From: Balanoglossus misakiensis
Taxonomy: Eukaryota; Animalia; Hemichordata
Assembly: GCA_040954595.2 (NCBI GenBank)
Contig: CM082592.2
Location: 12,191,796-12,255,795 of the forward strand
Length of the DNA: 64,000 bases
Reading direction: 5' to 3'
Of the stretch, positions 13,694-27,798 are shown piece after piece. How positions within the stretch are numbered: position 1 is the first letter of the stretch; every line of letters begins with the position of its first letter. The position numbers were made by a program, and so were the translations under genes. The notes under the pieces were generated by a model. That model was not told where the DNA came from. It did no database searches and was given only the letters and a program-made list of their open reading frames with translations.

Positions 13694-15816
13694 ATGTTTC
13701 CAACGCGGGCGTTACGGAAACGCTGGGTTTTGACAGTTATTTTCTTGCTTTCCTTTATTTATTTTTTAACTAACATCTTTAATCAGGTAATCAGTTTATG
13801 CTTGCTGTTTTTGATGTTGCATGACCCCATTTTTCACATCTGTGCGTATATTCGATGTGTTCACGTTCACGTACATAAACAACCAACATACGAGTAATTT
13901 TATGACTCGTGGTTTCCCGTTTGTGTTTTCAGTCAGATCCATTTATTTTGCAAGAGGATTCCATACAACCTGAGGTAAAGCGAACATTTCGATGGAAATC
14001 ACACCATGAAGCCAAAAATTCTTCATTGTTGACGACCTGTCGTAATTCCGTTCAGGGCAGAGTCCTTATAGCTGACGAAAAAGGTGAGTATGGTCTATGT
14101 TGAGACGAATATGACTAACAACGGATCTGGTTCACTTAGTGGACACGTATATACCCCATGGGCGATACCATGGTTTTTTAGGGTTAGGAGGGTTAGGCTT
14201 AGGGTTAAACTCAACCTCACATTGCCGCCCCTAACCCTCCTAACCCTAACCCTAACTCACCCTCATTGCCATGGTATCCGTTGCCATGGGGTATAGTCAT
14301 GTCCACTAAGTGAACCAGATCCCTAACAACCATTACATACACCTGGGACATGTGTATGCAATGGTTCCAAAAATAGACGACCAATTCATCTTAGCTTACG
14401 TGTGTTTGTCGATACATACATGTTCAAATTGAGAGTGTTTGGAAATCGATGGATCCGGTATCTTATATTGCTGAATGAGACCATGATGATTGATTGATCT
14501 GAAATAATTCAATGTCTAGACTATATGTCTGTTTTTATCATTTTATGAGGTTTCTGCAGGATATTCGTTATAAAAATTACATTTATTCTCTGCCTTGTTT
14601 TGTAAATTGCACAAGTGCTCATATTGTTTTCCATAAAAAGTGTGTATTATTACCGTTGATTTTAATAGTCGTGTCATGTTTATATACTATGCATTTCTAG
14701 GCCATTGTCATAACATCAATTGTGTAAAAGTGGGTTTGTGCATCTGAGTTTATCTTGCATTTCTCCTGATATGGAGAATTTTCTGTCCCGACCAACAATG
14801 GGAACTCAGTTTTATGTGGACTTATATGTAATTATATGTACTGTTCTATCTTATTGTAAATGCAACTGCAAGACATGTAAATACTTGTTATCCTGATATG
14901 ATACATGTACCTCTTATTCCTTTTTAGGATATTTGTGTGAAAGAGCTGATGTACTAGTTACTGGGTGCTGCGATACTTCGTCAGAGAAAACTGTCCTATA
15001 CTGTTGTGACAGTTGTCTAGACAACGGCTGCTGCAGTCTGTATGAGCATTGTGTATCCTGTTGTTTACAACCACAAAAGGTATTAATTTAAGAAACCAGT
15101 TTAACATGAATCAGTTCTTTTAAAAAGTCATCACTATACTGGTGAAAAATTCAAGCATTCTCTGTTAAAATGTGGACCTTTTAATTGTCAGGAATCTGAA
15201 TCTGATTTAAAATGTCTCACTCTTGATTCATGTACAACATCATAGGGGTTACATAGTGTAAATCAGTCGATAAAATTATAGCAACAATGTAATAAATTCC
15301 TGTTTTTATTTTGCAGCAACAGTTGCTTCAAGGCGTTCTTGGGAGAGCCAGTAAAGCTTTCCAAATACTGTTTTCATCAGTGACTGATCATTTTGAGTTG
15401 TGTTTGGCCAAGTGCCGTACATCCTCTGAGGTAAGTCATTGTGAATGCAAGGGATAGAAATTTCATGAAAGTTTGAATTTACATTATTTAGCACACTAGG
15501 CCACATAAGACAAAAAATGTAAAGGGAGTTTCATGGCAAAATAGCTGTGCAGGTTTTCATGTAGTAGTCCTTTCATTTGGCTGATTTAGTAATTTTTGTG
15601 TAAGTTGAGTCTATTTCAAGGCAGCATCACTCTTCAAATTGAGTAATTGTTGTTGTTGTTGTTGTTTAAAATGATATTGGTGGTATTCTGTGATGAATTT
15701 GACCTCCTTTTTCTCCATTTCATTTGCAGAGTGTTCAACACGAGAATACTTACCGAGATCCTGAGGCCAAGTATTGTTACGGAGATAATCCCCCAGAATT
15801 ACAACCGCCCAACTAA
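13694..15816 (+). CDS. SPRING1: SREBP pathway regulator in Golgi 1 (C12orf49/UPF0454), 5 exons, ~198 aa
   Basis: Exons 13694-13786, 13933-14083, 14928-15079, 15317-15430, 15730-15816 total 597 nt. N-terminal TM after RKRWV, then [68 protein letters not shown]. Confidence 0.95.
14123..14322. mobile_element. 200-bp palindromic MITE with 8-bp TSD and internal telomere-like repeats (SPRING1 intron 2)
   Basis: TIR GGATCTGGTTCACTTAGTGGACA...TGTCCACTAAGTGAACCAGATCC. Identical flanks CTAACAAC at 14115-14122 and 14323-14330. Internal TTAGGG-like units on the left and CCCTAA-like units on the right. Confidence 0.9.
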
Positions 15817-16351
15817 GAAAAATCATTCCCCAGTCATAGATAGAGAGTACAGTTACTAAAATATTGCAACTAAGAATACAGGATATTACCTCAGGGAAAG
15901 ACCTGACCACTAAGTTCAATATTCTAATCAGTGTGAATACATGGGATTTGAACATCTTAAAATTAAAAAAAAGGTTGAATTACTGAATTAAGGGCACCAG
16001 TGAATTCTCATTTTTTTTGAAGGATCACATTTGGAACTAACATATTTGTACAGATAAAATTGTCAAGTGCAATTTTTATAATTTGATAAGTTCATGTGAA
16101 CCCTCCAATCCTGCAGTTCTTTTGTTGCAGGACTAAATCAAGAAGTTGGTTATATTAAACTTGGAAATTAAAAGATGTAATTAAAGTTGTACTTTTTGAA
16201 ACATTTTGTAAATACTTGTACAGATTTCTTGTTTGGATATGGGTGGAATTTAGTGACTTTTTATTATTACTAATATATGTGAAGTCTAAGGACATTAAGT
16301 GAAGTTTGTAGTTTACTAAAGTTGACAAAGTGAAAATCAAAATTCAGAGTG

Positions 16352-19300
16352 ATGGCCAAGTTACAGACATCAAAAGTAAAACCTTCCAAGAATGATGATA
16401 TCAGCTCATATCGTCCATTTGGTCCGCAATGGATGGATTCTGCAGTACAAGAGACATTGTTACCTGATGCACCTTGGCAGAAGGTAAATTTGTGTATTGT
16501 TACATTGGATTTTTTTTTTTTTTAAATGGTGTGTGTCTGTCTAACATACAAATTGTAAGGGTGATCTTTGCTAAATGTGTTTTAAACTCTGTACTCTCAA
16601 TTAACTAAAAAATACTTTGTGGTTACAATATTCTTGTTTTTGAACAGTTTCATGCTTCCTTACCCATCATATATGTAGATCAGATGACTCATTTTGAAAC
16701 CAGTGAATTTTTTTTAGCAAAAACATTTTTTGGTACATGATTACAAGCTTAAGGATGTTATTAACCATAGTTACTGTATGCAGGTTCATGAGAAAATCAA
16801 TGAAGCTTTGGCCAAGAGAGTTGAAGCTGAAATCTACAAAGGAAACAGCGGTGAGAAACGTGAAGCTTTGTATCGAGTACTTGGACCACAATTTGTCAAG
16901 CAGTATCTCAGTAAATATCCGTGTGATCCACAATTGTTGGTGAGTTTTATACTTTTGTATCTCTGATATTTGTCTTTGAAGGCAAACTTGGGACACAAAA
17001 TGAGTAAAATCCTAAACAACGTCAACTTGTTTAATGTTTTAATTAGAGAGTTGTGGCAGCATTCTCACTCAGTATTTGTGGTTTTTTATATCAAAATGTT
17101 TCTTTTTGTGTGAGTGTGTGTGTGTGTGTGTGCATGTTACTGTATTCATGTTTAACTTGCACTTTCTGATCAGTATCCTATCCCATAAACAGTGGAAAGT
17201 GATTTCTTTTTTGAATGATCTTATACAACTTTCTCACACATGGTACATCATAAATCAGAGTCCACCAAATGTACCACTACAGCAGAGAAGACTGTATGAG
17301 CAAGAGATGCAATCCTGGGTGAGTGAACAGATCACTGAAGCATCCAAAGAAGTGGCATGTGAAAGACATGCAGATGGAGATTACAGCCAGAGTGCTCCTG
17401 AAATGAAGGCATTCATAGATCATACCTACAAAGTCTTTAACACTGGTTTGGATAGACATCTGTACTTGCAAGAAAAAAAGGAAGAATTGGTAAGTTGACT
17501 GCTGTATCAGCAATCTATTAGAGCAATGAAAGAATATTGGCCAATAGCCTTATTATCATGACAATAAATTTCATTCTCATGCTAATTAGCCAATATTATA
17601 GAAGTTAGTTATTGATTTTAACCAAAAAACACATAAAATAAAATATATATACATTGTTGTTTATTTTTTCCATTTTTGATATGGTGTATGTAACTTCTAT
17701 GCTGATTTTACAGAGAAAAACTGAATTTGTTCATTTTATGGAATGCTGGATGATAAACAGCTATTCTTCTTAAAAACTACCTTGCATGACAATGGAAAGC
17801 TGTGAAAGTTTTTTTAGAAAATCACTTTTCTGATCCAAAGTGAGTCTTTCAGTAGCTTCTATTTTCTGGTTTCAGCAAACCAGAGTAAATACAGCAGAAA
17901 AGGAAGTTGGGCAAATGTTGAACAACTTAGGGGGTATCAGCCTAGGTTTACCAGGAAACAGATCATCACTGCCACCAATCAGTGACAAGGATGAAAAAAG
18001 TACAGCTACACCTGGTACTGTCCAGATGTTGACAAGAGCTTCCAAGAGAAGGGGTGAGAAATTCTACCAACCACGGAATTTATGAAAAATTACGAAATGT
18101 GACATTTTCTGTCATCCATGAATTGATAAAATTACTTGTGATAGATAAATTTGATTTATCTGAACGATGTCACCATATAATGATTGTTCATGTGTATTAT
18201 ACTTAACACAAGTTTTTCCTTGTAAGTTTGGTCCTATTATGACTTGTATCCTGATTTGTTTCCAGATCGACATGTTCTAAGTCAGAATGACATGCCACCT
18301 AACTCTTGGAGTCCAATCAGTGAGACTCTTGGCAGGGCTATATCGTCATTACTCAGAAGAGATCCGAGTCGTTTGGATGAAGTGTGTGACAAGTTAGCTG
18401 GCAAACAGCTACCTGGTGGGCTAAGACAGTATATGTGGACTGAAGTACTCTTTAAAAGTGATCGGAGTTTAATTAGCAAAGAAGGGTAAGTTATGAAATG
18501 TATATTAACTATGTTGTCATCACAAAGTTTTTTTATCTTTCGACATCATCATATAGCCGGCCATTTTCTCTGTGTTGATTGTGTGATATGCCTTTGTGTT
18601 TTACAGAAATATTGAGAAACTACTGAGAAGTAGATTTGCCAAGAAGGTATCCATGGGTAAAATTGATTTGAAGTTGAAGAAAGCAACGTATACACCAATC
18701 CATGGGTTAATATGGAATGCTATTGTTGAAGTAAGACATCATGGATGTAAATTAAGTCTATTCTCATATGGTGCTATACACTTGTGATCTGTCTTTTGCA
18801 TCTGGCAACACCATTGAATAATCTTTGTACGTGTAGTAGTTAAGATATATCACCTCTAAATCACTATTTCTAATATCTTGTCTTTCCCACTGACTGCTTG
18901 GATATTCTTGTCCCCTGCATTGTCATGCAAAATATTGAATATTAAAAAAAACACTATTTTTATAGGTTAAGTTGTACCTTGGTATGATTCAGAAATTTGT
19001 GTCACACACAAGAATGGAATATCACTGCAGTAACCACACAACTCCAAGTAAGAAAGGTTTAAAACAAGAAAATTATTCTATTTGCAGATGTTTGACAGTA
19101 CTCCCAGTATGCAAGCCTATCAGAAGCGACAACATATGAAGGAAAGTGCCAATGCCCTCAATGTATTGTACACTTACAACAGAAGTTATGAACCTTACCT
19201 GATAGAGTGGCTCTTTCCAATTCAACTCGCTTTCATTGATAGGAAAATGGAAGGTACTTTTTGTTTCTGCAAAGTGTACCAGTATGTTTGTTTCCCTTAC

Positions 19301-22300
19301 ACTGTACATGTGTTATGCTCGTATTGTTGATAGCCTCTCACAATCCATTGATTGAGTTGATGATTTTAAAATTTACCACAGTTCATACTATCATGGCAAG
19401 AAAGACATATTTGCTTTCAACATGGTCAGGGTTACAGTTCTCTGGGTCAGTCCTATTCAAGGTATTGCTGTGCATGTAAAGTGACTAAAATTAATATTTT
19501 TTCTCGTTGTATCAGTGTCTTATTGTTTTAGAAATGTAAGAAAGCATATTAATGATTGGTTGCTTGCATAGAGTTACATGTTTGGGGCTCAGCTGACTGT
19601 ATGATGTCATCAAATTTATTGACAGAGGAGAAACCATATGAGTTGGCTATGTACCTGGACTTACTGATGACCAATTTATTTCCAAAGTGGCCAGAAGTAT
19701 TTGCTACAGCTGAGAAAACAATGAGTAGACTAAAAATACAGGACTCTGATCTCCATGATCATTTAGAGGAATGTGCTCTGAAAAACATCGACTTGGATCC
19801 CAAGGTATGAAATAAAACTGTCCAAGCATGTGTTGATGTTGTATGTGATACTGACATTTTGGTTTTGTGAAAATTATGGTTCAATAAGTACATGAACCAC
19901 ATCAGGAGAATTCACACCCATTAGATATTTATAAAAAAATAAAACAAGTGAGAATTCTCTTCTACCTGTATGTTGCAGACAATTACTAAGTCATTACATG
20001 TACATCTTGTTATTACAGCAATTTTTAGTTCATCTGATTCACATTGAAAAAGACAAAGCTTTAGCATTGGGCAGAGCAACACCTGGATCAGAGACATCTA
20101 TCAAGTTATCTAAAGAACTACTGGCAGATCCTGTAATATTTGTTCGGAAATGGATTGGAGAGGTAATGGGTCTTAAGTCTTTATTCACATCAAGAGAATA
20201 AGGGTCCTAATTCTATGGTAGAATTAAATGGGTGAATTTAGTTGGTGCATGTACTCTATTTATATGTTTAAAATCTAACAAAGTGACGCCCTGTAGTTAT
20301 AGGGAAAGGGCACCACTTTGGTAGATTATGCTGTCACACATAAAACTGACCATATTTCAAAGATTGGTATGATAGATGAACTGTGATTGAATAGAGTAAA
20401 ATGGTCATGGTTTTGACTTCTGGTTTATGCAGGGTTTTGTTGGTATTCTGGATGGACAAGCTGTGTTGTATGTGTGGGATCAGTTATTTCTGCATGGTTG
20501 GCAACATGACATTCTGGAAGATTTCTGTCTGGCTCTGATGATGTTGTTGAAGGAAGCATTCCACCAAGCCAATGATTATCATCAAATGAAACAGGTAATA
20601 CTGTAAATTATTGTCTCAAAGGCTGAGTGCAATGGAAGATTTACATGGTGAGAGAATTTGAAATTACACAAGTTGATCTCAAAGATATCAGTCTCTTTGA
20701 CAGTTTATCAATGAGAATGTGTAGTTCAATCGTTCAGTTTCACCAAGTAATTGTGTGTGGCTGTTTGTTTTAAACATTGGGATGGTTAATGGCAATTCAT
20801 ATCAGGGTTGATTATGAGATAATAATCTCTACTTGAATTGTTAAACATTTCCTTGCATTTTCTGACAGTTTGGGACATGATGAAACAAAAGGATAGATTG
20901 CAACTACAGATATCTGACACGGTACATGTTATATGTTGTAGGTTTTCTTACAACAACCTGCCAGGTTGTACACTGCAGACATTCAGAGAGCTTATCAACA
21001 TCTGCGTAAAGGTGGTTCACCCAGTGAGATACCAGCTTTGAACAGATACAAACCTCCGTAAGTGTCCTAACTGCCTTGTCTGAAAAGACATTACACAAAA
21101 GTACTGCACCGCTATTTTCGCCAATGTTTAAATGCGTTGTTATAATAATGTAATGGTCATTTCCCACGATGACTGAATAAAGTGGAGCAGAGTTTTTTTT
21201 ATAGACAGCCCTATATGCATTGGCCTGAGGAAAACAGTACAATTGTGCTTCACTTTTGTTCATTTGACAATTTCCATGTCAGTTCAATGTTGTCAACATA
21301 TATTCTGAAATCTTTGCCACACAATCTTCAATATTATGTGACAAGTTATCTTTGCATTAAAAACCTTAATAAAAAATAAAATATATTCTTAATTTTTAGA
21401 ATACGTTTTGCAAAATATAAAGAATTTCCAAAGAAAGTTCAAGGCATATAATATTTTAGTGTCACTGTTTACTTTGCTATACATGTACATGTATTTCCAC
21501 AGATTTTATGCCTGTATTCTGTTCTGCACTATACTGAATGGTCGCTTTTGAGAAAAGTTGTATCGATCTTGCATTTCTGCAATAAAGCTTACTATGTATT
21601 CTACCTTGTAATCTTTTCTGCATTGCGTCTCACACCCTTGCATTAGAGTCAACTTTGCCTTCAACCCTCTTCCGCTCCCCTCCCCACCCCTCCCCTCCCT
21701 TCCTCTTCTTGCCTCTCTCTCAAGTCACATCTTATTTATCGGCTAACATTGTATAATGAATTCTCTTCTGCTATCTTACTTCGCAAACCACTTCTTGAAG
21801 CCAAACCCCAAATATTTTAGTCAATCTGACATATGAATGGGGCGCTGGAAACCTTTAATTTTTTTATCATGTTGTGCAAATCTGTAAAAAAATTATATCG
21901 ATTTAAAGATGACCTTATCATTAAAAAGAAAACAAAGGTAGGAGACCTATATATCTGATTAATATTAAGGGCAGGCATTCACAGATATGTTGACTATGAA
22001 AGTGTTTACTTCACAACTGCAGACAAAACTAAAATGTCTAATCGCAACCTGCTGCTTGAACCCAAGGGCTGAGCCCTATGTGACGTTATCCAAAATGGTT
22101 TGTTTCCCAACTATCCAGTCATGTCATTGTATAATGTTTGTTGCATACATCATTGTGTAATTTGTCTTACATAGTCATGTCTGTGCGTTTCAGTGTGTTG
22201 TTTTGTTTCATCAAAAATTATGGATCTCTTTACAGCAATCGCTACATGGATTGTTTCTGCATAGAATCATGGAGTGAAAGTACAGGTCTGGCTCATGAAA

Positions 22301-25300
22301 ATGTTTTTGTCTCAATACATGTTGTTCATCCTTCCATTCAGAGGGCTATTGTTCAGTCCTGGCCGAGATTCAGCGAGCAGCAAGCAAGCCTCATCCTTGC
22401 CACCAACTCCCAAATCAGAGAATCCTAGCAGAGATGACGCAAGACCTCAAGTATCACCAGGGGCACTGACTGATATCGACCCTGGAGAACTCAAACCAGT
22501 TGGCTTGAAACAGATACAGATGACGTTAGTGTTACGACAACATAAAGTAGAAGAGACAAGTGAGAGATTGAGTACTGCTGATCAATGGAAAAGGGTATGT
22601 CTCACATAATCATAACAATACCACTCTCTCGATTCACAAATGACAAACTGTTACTCCAAGAAATTGCTCCACTATCATCATATGCCTGAAAATCGGCAGA
22701 CGCTCTGTCCAAGCTTATCATTTCTAACGATTGAAAAAAGGAAGTGTTGATTCAAAAACAATTTGTAGCTCCCATTTATAACTAATGCACATTCATGTCG
22801 AAGTTGTTCATATAAGCTGGTAACATGCATTACTGTGGTTGTGGAAAATTAATGTTATACAAAACTATATCATGTACTGTACATGTAGATAGATCATTGC
22901 TTGATTTCTTCTGGTTCTACACAGGATCAAATGAAAGCATTGTTACACTTTGATGTTGCCAATGTGAAAGTAGCAGTGTCTGTGTTCTATGGACGGGTCA
23001 AATTAAGAACTATCCAGACACAAAGTAAAGCTACAACGTATACGCCTAAAAGAGATGATGTTAAACCTCCCCAAAATAATGCTAGAGTCTTCTATGTGGA
23101 GATACCTGATGAACAATTGTTGTTTTACAATCTGGATCCATCTGGTTTCCATGGTGCACGTGGTAAACACAGCCATCCATTTGCCCTGATTAGAATATTG
23201 TACCAAGAACCATCTGGCAGTGGTGAGTATATGCTTTGTACAGTCACCAATAATGATAACCTACATTTCAAATTAATAATCAACAAAGTAAATTATATTG
23301 TTGTATGTTTTAGTTGAAATATATTGTCCCATTGAAATGTGTGTGATTTGTTCAAATTCATACAGTATACTAGGATACTAGATTTTGAACCAATCTGTCA
23401 CTGATTGATCTGCATGTATTACATATGTCATGCCACTTCAATATGAACTAAATTATAATGTCTTACAGATAGTAAAGTACAAACCATTCCTCTTGGTTGG
23501 GTGAAGATACCGTTGTATGAGTTTAAACCAGTTGTTGAGAGTGGAAGACAATCCAAGGCATCTCTGAAGAGCAGTGTTAGTCAAAATATCAAATCACCAT
23601 GGTCTATACTGACCACAGATTACAAGGAAGATATTTCACCAGGTCCTGCACCAGAAATCACAGCAAGTGATCCGCCAAAATCATACACTGATAAAGGTAA
23701 GTTAATATATCCTATACAAATTACATTGTATGTATTATGCGCATATTTTGTAATCCAACTTGTAATTTGATTATAAGTGTTATGATGATTTATTTTTGCA
23801 GATTTTCTTCAGGAGGGTTCCCAGCTTGGGTTTAGAGTCTTTGATCTTCAGCTGGAACCACCGACAGAACGTCTGCCTTCTCCAGTTGCTGAAGAAGCTA
23901 GGCCGCCACCACCAGCAGCAAAGGAAGAGACTCAAGCCCAGCCTCAACCAATTCAATCTACTGCACCCAAAACAGCCAGTCCAACACCTAGGTGAGTGAC
24001 AATTTGAATCAGTAAAGATGAACCATGGTGTAGTAGACACACACAGTCACTCTTCTACCACAGTCATTCAGGCCGGTCCTCTGCAATGAGGATGGGAATT
24101 AAGTAATTAACACTGTCCTAGACTTGCAGTGTTCAACAGGCGTATGCATGCTTTTAATAGGCTGCAGCCACATCCTGGTGTTAGGCTATGAGCATCCTGT
24201 AGTATCAGAATATGTGTTGTTCATCATAATAAAGTTAAAATTAACAAGAAATATTGTTTACTTTATCCAATTAAAGCGAGGATTTCCGTCCACGACTGGA
24301 GGGTGATCCATGGATTCCACAGAAACTCAATGCTGCTGTATTACCAACAGCTACAGAACCTAAAGATGGCTTTGATCTGTACATTGATGGTGTACGATAT
24401 ATCCCAGACAATGCTACCATTGTTAAGGTAGGCACTTGTAGTAAACAATATTGTCAGAGACTAAACATTCATTTCTGAGCAATGTTTTGCATCACAGACA
24501 TTTCCATTAATTGTTGAATTTTTTTTATTACACTTCACTTTTGATTTACTATTTTTTGCAGGTGACAGGTCGATTGATGAATCATGGATTGAGGGGTCTT
24601 GAAGATATTGCAGCGTATGCCATTCCAGGATCATCTGCTCGATGTCCACGATTCAAATACAGATATCCAGTAACACAGGAAGTGTCTGAGCATTGCATAG
24701 CAATACTTAGAATCTATACAGTAGATAAAGACACAAAAGAACTTGTTGTTATTGGTTCTTGTATGGTACAGTTATTTGACAAAAAAGATGGACAAGTGAG
24801 TTTATCTCTTAAAATAATATAGCACTGAACAGGACAAAATCACTCAGCATTGTTTTCCTCTAACATGACATGCTCTACTCTCTTCAATGCTTGGAAAATC
24901 TATTTTCAGAACATAGATTCACAAAATACAGCCATACATGGATTGCATGTGGGCTCCATGAATGTCTTAACTGAAAGTGACTGACAATACACAGCATAAT
25001 ATCAACCATGGATGTACGAGAGAGAGAAAGAGAGAGGACCCCAGACAATGCTTTTATTTCTATTTTTATCCTTTCATTTCATTTCAGTCCAAATTGGCTG
25101 TTGGAGGCATTCAAATCAGAATTAAGTCTGGATTACCAGACACCAGTAAATCACCACTAACTACCCAAGCCATGGATCCACTCACAAATGTCCCCGGATG
25201 CTCAGTACTCATCAGATTATTACCAAGGAGTGAGGTAAACATTTCATATAGGACATATTAGTTTCCACATTCTAATTGTCAATTTTAATGGACAATTACC

Positions 25301-27798
25301 TTATTCATACATAATTATCAAACAAATGAAATTCAACAGGTGACCATTGAATGTGAGGAATGATAACCAAGAGCATTTTTTTCACATTTCAGAATTATGT
25401 TGATGCCCCAGACTACAAGAGTGGCTATTATTATAGCATACCAAGTCAGCCGTATGCCTCTGAGGCACGGATCTTACAACATTATGTCAGAGATAAAAAA
25501 TTCCCACTGACTGTAACAGAAGCAATACACAAAATACAGATTGATCAGGGTGTGGCAACCACCCAGAATTTAGGTAAAGTCAAAAGATCGTCTGTTTGCA
25601 CATGGTGTGCACAGAGTGTGTATGACCATAAAATGATGCTTTTGCCCATTATATGGAAGTAGATTTAGGAAATCTACTGCAGTTTGTCCTTCAAATTTAG
25701 TCCCTGAAGCAGAATGAAACATTAACTTATCAGCTTTTATGTGTATAGTTAGCTTTGTTAATGTTCAAAATTTGAATTCAATTATATTTTGTTTCTTCTG
25801 ACATTTTGCAACAGAACAAGATGAAGCCAAGCTTTCACAATGGCTGAAAGATCGACTTGACAAGAAACATTTACCACCTAAATCCGCACCCAAGGATCTC
25901 GACTTGACAAGATTAGTTTTGTATGATATCTCCAGAGGTATTGATGTGCAAGTGCAGGCAGCATTTGGCATGGACAGTAAGAAATTACAGTTTGCAGTTT
26001 CATTATTTCAATTTTCTTTTCAAAAATCGTTACATAAAAATTTCAAAATTCATTCCAAAGCAATATCACCCAGACAAATTCACCCTCTCTGTTACAGTTG
26101 AAGGTTTGTACTGCAATGCCTTTGTCAGGGTATCTCCCGGCAGTGAAGCCATTGATCTTGATAAAACATCAGAGGGCTATGGTGGAGAAGAGAAGTTCCT
26201 AACAAGGAAACATGACTACTCTAGTCTTCAGAAATCTCCACGATGGCTGGACTTTCCAACGGTAATTACAGCGATTTCCTTGATGCCAAGCTATGTCTAT
26301 ATTTTTGTGAACTTTGTATGTATAGAACCTCTGCCACAAAGACTTCAGCAGATAATGATCAATTCCTGTGTATCAATTTGCAGATAATCCATCCACACCA
26401 TGATGTCCATTCTATCCTATTGGTTCAAATATTTGGTCTGGAAGCTGTCTACACACCATCAGAGGATGGTTCAGGTCCAGGGACTGTGATTGGGCCAGAT
26501 GGTGAAGAACCCAAACTTGGTTCAGACAGTCAACTTGGTTGGACTGCTGTACCTTTATTCAATGGGCCATATGTTATGCAAGGTATCCAATCCCTGCCAT
26601 TATTTGAAGGAACTCCCTCTAGAGTAAGTACGTTCTTCAAGGAATATTTGATAGAATCTGAAATGATCAGAATTTAATCAGAAAGCATGCAGCAATTCTC
26701 GATCTGTTTGGAGTTTCCCCTTGCTGTAAAGGGTAGAGCAATAAACTTCCATTGATATATAAAAGTTACAACTATACATTGAATCAATCCCTTTAACAAT
26801 GAGACACTTCTTTTCCATGTACAGTCAAACCTGTCTATAACTGACGGTCAAGGGACTTGCTATTGGGACTGTAACAGAGCAGCCACTATAGACAAGTTTT
26901 CAATGTATAAAGGTGGCTACCAACACAGGCTTGACTGTATATGATCATGTACTTGTCAATAAATGTGTAACAATGCATACTTGTGAAATCTTTTTTATAG
27001 GAATTTCTAGAGATGGCTTTGACAACACCTGTATTGGAAACATTAAAAACTTGTCTCAAAGACAAATCAATTGTGTTAGATAAAAATAATGCATCGTTAG
27101 TTCTTTCAATTTGGGATGGACATTATGACAAGGATGAAGTAGTTCCTCTACCGGTAGGTAACCAGCAAAAATGAATGACCATTTTAGCTGATTATTTCAT
27201 CAACAAGCAAACATATCTATTCATAATTATAATCATAATAGCAGCTGTTATGAAAAAGTTTCATATAATTTCTGAGAAAAGCTAAAGCAGGTGTTTCTTA
27301 GAGCATCTTCTACATATCATTTCTTGTAGAGCATTGATGACTACTTGAAGGTTGATAAACCAGAGAAATTCATCAAAACCATCAACAATAAGAGAGGAAA
27401 GTTGATGTCAGAAATGGTGCTGTCAACAACGAGTGAAGACACACAGAAACAAGGACCAAACAGTCCAGCTTATAAGAAAGAAGAAGAGTTTTATGCAGAA
27501 GCTATGTCCAATACATTCTATGATCTGATGGTAAGTCTTTTATCAGATTGGCTATTTTATGGTAGGATTTGAATGTCTAAAGTAACAATGCAGGAATGAC
27601 AAATACACAAGTAAAATATTGCACAAAAGACCAAAGTGATGACATGTAATGTTACTTTATATGAGTATAATTCATTGACAAGAGAGCGCATTGCAATGCT
27701 GAAACTTTCACAGATTGGCTAATCATGAGTTCATTTTACATGCTTTCTTTTTTCCACAGGAAAGTGCACTGATGAATGCTGGTTATGGTCCCCTGTGA
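16352..27798 (+). CDS. Uncharacterised ~1504-aa protein: degenerate TBC/RabGAP-like domain, then C2-like domains and Pro-rich linkers; 25 exons
   Basis: Exons 16352-16483, 16718-16939, 17259-17489, 17876-18053, 18266-18485, 18607-18730, 19088-19253, 19626-19804, 20019-20162, 20433-20594, 20942-21057, 22342-22594, 22925-23222, 23469-23696, 23802-23991, 24277-24427, 24562-24795, 25088-25234, 25393-25573, 25815-25976, 26098-26261, 26384-26623, 27001-27153, 27330-27530, 27760-27798 are all phase-consistent (4515 nt). TBC-like motifs: LPGGLRQYMW, LNVLYTYN, VLYVWDQLFLHG. C2-like strands: PLGWVKIPLY, GFDLYIDGVRYIPDN, LGWTAVPLF. The gene model is solid; domain calls are inference. Confidence 0.85.
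26822..26937. mobile_element. Short Tc1/mariner (pogo/Tigger-type) MITE
   Basis: TA|CAGTCAAACCTGT...ACAGGCTTGACTG|TA: imperfect TIRs beginning CAGT with a TA TSD, inside an intron. Confidence 0.7.
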
